Source of the DNA: Aquifex aeolicus VF5
Lineage (GTDB): Bacteria; Aquificota; Aquificia; Aquificales; Aquificaceae
Direction: 5' to 3'
Assembly (NCBI RefSeq): GCF_000008625.1
Contig: NC_000918.1
Span: 1 to 32,000, forward strand
Length of the DNA stretch: 32,000 nt
Positions 29,184 through 32,000 of this stretch are shown here, one piece after another. How positions within the stretch are numbered: position 1 is the first letter of the stretch; every line of letters begins with the position of its first letter. The notes beneath the pieces are model-generated. The model saw only the letters and a program-made list of their open reading frames with translations. It made no database searches and was not told the origin of the DNA. The translations under genes were made by a program, and so were the position numbers.

Positions 29184-29201
29184 ATTTTTATAAAAATTTC
29201 G
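29184..29201. repeat. 18-bp perfect AT-only palindrome in the petA/pyrD divergent intergenic region
   Basis: AAATTTTTATAAAAATTT reads identically on both strands. Confidence 0.85.
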
Positions 29202-29250
29202 TTATATATACATAAAGTTAATTAAAGGTTAGGAAGTTAAAATAAACTTG

Positions 29251-30171
29251 ATGGACCTGAGCGTGGAACTCTTCGGCATACGCTTTAAGAATCCCGTCTG
29301 GGTTGCAAGCGGGACCTTTGGCTACGGCGTGGAAGCTGCGGAAATCTACGATATATCAAAACTCGGAGCAGTAGTCACAAAAGGTCTCTCACTCAAGGAA
29401 AGGCTCGGGAACGAAACCCCGAGAATTGTGGAAACCCCCTGTGGCATGCTCAACTCCATAGGTCTTCAAAATCCGGGAGTGGAAAAGTTCCTAAAAGAGA
29501 TTTACCCCAAGATAAAAGACGTGGACACTCACTTCATAGCTAACGTCTTCGGTGAAACGGAAGAGGAGTACGTGGAAGTTTGTATGGCTCTGGAAGATGC
29601 TGACAAGATTGTGGCTTACGAGCTGAATGTTTCCTGTCCCAACGTGAAGAAGGGAGGAATCCTCTTCGGACACGACCCTGTAATCCTCGGAAATCTCGTT
29701 GACAGAATAAAGGCGAAAATAAAAAAACCCCTCCTTGTAAAACTCTCTCCAAATGTGACCGACGTTACCGAGTTTGCGAAGGTATGTATAGAAAACGGAG
29801 CTGATGGACTCGTTTTGATAAACACATTAATGGGAATGAAGATAAACATATGGAAGAGGAAACCAGACCTTGCCACCAAAACGGGAGGACTATCCGGACC
29901 TGCGATACTGCCCATAGCGGTGAGGATGATTTATCAGGTTTACGAGAAGTTCGGCGACAGAATTCCCATAATAGGAGTGGGAGGGATAACCACATGGGAA
30001 GACGCCATGGAACACGTAATGGCGGGGGCAAGTGCAGTTCAGGTGGGAACCGCAAACTTCTACGAGCCCTTAGCACCCTTAAAGGTCATAGAAGGGATTG
30101 AAAACTTTATGAAATCTCAGAATATCAAAGACTTCAAAGAATTAATCGGGATTGCCCACAGAGTAGAATAA
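29251..30171 (+). CDS. pyrD: Dihydroorotate dehydrogenase (class 1B-like)
   Basis: 307 aa ORF (track starts 29248 at TTG; ATG at 29251); [58 protein letters not shown]. Confidence 0.92.
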   Translation: MDLSVELFGIRFKNPVWVASGTFGYGVEAAEIYDISKLGAVVTKGLSLKERLGNETPRIVETPCGMLNSIGLQNPGVEKFLKEIYPKIKDVDTHFIANVFGETEEEYVEVCMALEDADKIVAYELNVSCPNVKKGGILFGHDPVILGNLVDRIKAKIKKPLLVKLSPNVTDVTEFAKVCIENGADGLVLINTLMGMKINIWKRKPDLATKTGGLSGPAILPIAVRMIYQVYEKFGDRIPIIGVGGITTWEDAMEHVMAGASAVQVGTANFYEPLAPLKVIEGIENFMKSQNIKDFKELIGIAHRVE

Positions 30172-30178
30172 AGACATT

Positions 30179-30478
30179 ATGGTTAGGAAGCTGAGCGAAG
30201 AAGAAGTAAAGAGGGAACTTGAAAATCTGGAAGGCTGGGAATTCTGTAAAGATTACATACAGAAGGAGTTTTCCACAAAGAACTGGAAGACCACCATATT
30301 CGTGGTGAACGCCATAGCCTCTCTGGCGGAAGCCCAGTGGCACCACCCAGATTTAGAAGTCAGCTTTAAAAAGGTAAAGGTTAAACTCACCACTCACGAA
30401 GCTGGCGGGATAACGGAAAGAGATATTAAATTAGCAAAATCCATAGACGAGTTGGTGAAAGAAATACTAAAGCATTGA
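30179..30478 (+). CDS. phhB: Pterin-4-alpha-carbinolamine dehydratase
   Basis: 99 aa; EAQWHHPDLEVSFKKVKVKLTTHEAGGITERDIKLAK. Confidence 0.88.
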   Translation: MVRKLSEEEVKRELENLEGWEFCKDYIQKEFSTKNWKTTIFVVNAIASLAEAQWHHPDLEVSFKKVKVKLTTHEAGGITERDIKLAKSIDELVKEILKH

Positions 30479-32000
30479 TATTTTTCCTTTTTCTCATATT
30501 TTCTCTATCCTTTGGCTTTGAAGTTTATATAAAGTCTAACTATCCATTAAAAAAGGACAATCTGCGTCATGTAATAAACGAGAAGAATTACGCGAAAATC
30601 CTGGAAATGCTTAAGCAAATTCCCGAAATAAGGGAAGTAAGGTATGAAAAACGAAAGGACAAGCTCTTAATTTACGTGGAAAGGTATCCCATAATCAAAG
30701 AGATAAAAATAAAGGGGAACGTTTTTCTGAGAGATGAAGATGTGAAAAACGTTCTTGGAATAGAAGAGGGCATTCCGTTAATAGAGGATAATCCAAAAAC
30801 TTACGAGGAAATTCTTGAAAAGTATTATAAAGAAATCGGTTTTTTAAATGCAGATACCAAAGTGAACATAAGTTTAGACGATAAAGGAAACGCTATTTTC
30901 TACATAAATATTCGCGAGGGGAACCTTTATTTTCTCGAAGATATCCAGTTTGAAGGTGTTAAAAAGCTACAAAAAAAAGAACTGATAAAAGCCTCTGGAC
31001 TTGTAATAGGGAGTATTTTTGATATAGATAAAGTAGAAGACGCAGAGGAGAATTTAGAAAACTTCTACAGAAAAAAAGGTTTTTTTGAGAGTTTCGTTTA
31101 TCTGAAAGGTATAAAAAAAGAAAAATTAAAGAGAAAGTTTAGGGAAGCACTTTTCCCCGAAACGGATTCATTTTTAAAAAGCCTTTCAATCGGTTTAAAA
31201 AATCTCGTGAACCACCCGCTGGCTACGCTTAAGGCTTTAATCGGAAAAGGTAAGGTAGGCATTCCCGTTTATGAGGTATACGAAGGAGAAAGGTATGAAC
31301 TGAAGTTCCTTGGAAATAAGTTTTTTTCGGATGAATACCTGTATTCTCTCTTTGATATAAATACCGTGGGTGTAGACATACTGGTTCTTGAAGGTTTTAA
31401 AGATAAAATAGAGGAAGAGTACAGGAAAAAGGGCTTCTTTGACGTAAATGTAGAGTACGAACTTGAAGATCACAGGATTTTGATAAAGATAAAAGAAGGA
31501 GAAAGGTATAAAGCTAAGGTTTACATAAACGGGAAAAAAATAGAAATTCCTTACGATGAAGAGAAAATTCAAGACTTAATAAGTAAAGAAATCCAATACT
31601 TGGAAAAAATGGGTTACGTTACGGCAACATATGAACTTAAAAAGAAAATAAACAAAGATAAAAAAGAAGTGAACGTTCACGTAAAAATCAACAAAGGAAT
31701 GCGCTACATTGTTTGGAGCTTTAAAATAGAAAGTGAACTTTTCGAGGATTTAAATGAAAAAATTTCACTTAAATTCCCGAAAGCCTTGGATTACGAAACT
31801 TTAGACGAGATTTACAAGGAAATAAATAAAAGGTTACGGGAAAAAGGATACTTTGACGCTAAGGTTTTCACAGATATAAGAATGCAAAAGGTAAAAGATG
31901 CTCTTTTGATGTTTTATAAAGTAAAAGTAATTCCAGGAGAAAGATACGAGTACGGAGATACACTAATTTACGGTCTTGAGAAGACAAGGTTAAAGGAAGC
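30475..32000 (+). CDS. Omp85/BamA-type protein, POTRA-rich N-terminal region (partial, runs off the window)
   Basis: Read by hand from TTG at 30475: LIFFLFLIFSLSFG signal-like segment, then repeated POTRA-like units (PIIKEIKIKGNVFLRDEDVKNVLGIEEGIPL, LYFLEDIQFEGVKKLQKKELIKASGL, ERYELKFLGNKFFSDEYL...); no stop in frame to 32000. Absent from the supplied ORF track. Confidence 0.85.
   Translation, partial: MIFFLFLIFSLSFGFEVYIKSNYPLKKDNLRHVINEKNYAKILEMLKQIPEIREVRYEKRKDKLLIYVERYPIIKEIKIKGNVFLRDEDVKNVLGIEEGIPLIEDNPKTYEEILEKYYKEIGFLNADTKVNISLDDKGNAIFYINIREGNLYFLEDIQFEGVKKLQKKELIKASGLVIGSIFDIDKVEDAEENLENFYRKKGFFESFVYLKGIKKEKLKRKFREALFPETDSFLKSLSIGLKNLVNHPLATLKALIGKGKVGIPVYEVYEGERYELKFLGNKFFSDEYLYSLFDINTVGVDILVLEGFKDKIEEEYRKKGFFDVNVEYELEDHRILIKIKEGERYKAKVYINGKKIEIPYDEEKIQDLISKEIQYLEKMGYVTATYELKKKINKDKKEVNVHVKINKGMRYIVWSFKIESELFEDLNEKISLKFPKALDYETLDEIYKEINKRLREKGYFDAKVFTDIRMQKVKDALLMFYKVKVIPGERYEYGDTLIYGLEKTRLKE

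Noticed and set aside
29840-30110. Short ORFs overlapping pyrD (e.g. 29850-30101 plus, 29765-30076 minus).
   Set aside because: Out-of-frame or antisense shadows of pyrD with no family resemblance.
1-32000. CRISPR arrays, transposons, prophage genes, toxin-antitoxin pairs, tRNA/rRNA genes.
   Set aside because: No direct repeat array, transposase/integrase signature or RNA gene was seen; intergenic gaps are mostly under 50 bp and leave little room for them.

Overview
This 32 kb window is almost entirely housekeeping DNA from a thermophilic, Aquifex-like bacterium; the gene content and order match my recollection of the start of the Aquifex aeolicus chromosome. I did not run any search. Order along the window: fusA-tuf plus an S10-type ribosomal protein operon (rpsJ, rplC, rplD, rplW, rplB, rpsS, rplV, rpsC, rplP, rpmC, rpsQ) running into aroD; a minus-strand block (CPBP protease-like, argD, ugd, small ORF, rodA, ThiS/MoaD-like protein, SCP2-like exported protein, PAS-GGDEF-EAL protein); plus-strand moeA, SLC13 transporter, rtcB; a GGDEF cyclase divergent from nadD; a Uma2-like protein; an HIBADH-like dehydrogenase; minus-strand hisB, CBS/PDC protein, yraN and the bc1 genes petC/petB/petA; then pyrD, phhB-like and a large POTRA/Omp85 protein that runs off the right edge and is missing from the supplied ORF track. 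I see no CRISPR array, defence island, mobile element or tRNA, and no convincing novel multi-gene system. The best signals are (1) five reading-frame anomalies in otherwise conserved genes: two frameshifts in rplV, one at the 3' end of rpsC, one in nadD, and an in-frame TGA in a PAS-GGDEF-EAL gene; (2) a ~130 aa helical N-terminal extension on ribosomal protein S19 and an insertion in L2; (3) an unlisted multi-POTRA protein; (4) a CBS/degenerate GGDEF/PDC-like soluble protein; (5) a ThiS-like protein with residues after its GG motif that overlaps rodA; (6) a codon-usage break inside tuf; (7) small palindromic divergent intergenic regions and a terminator almost abutting yraN.
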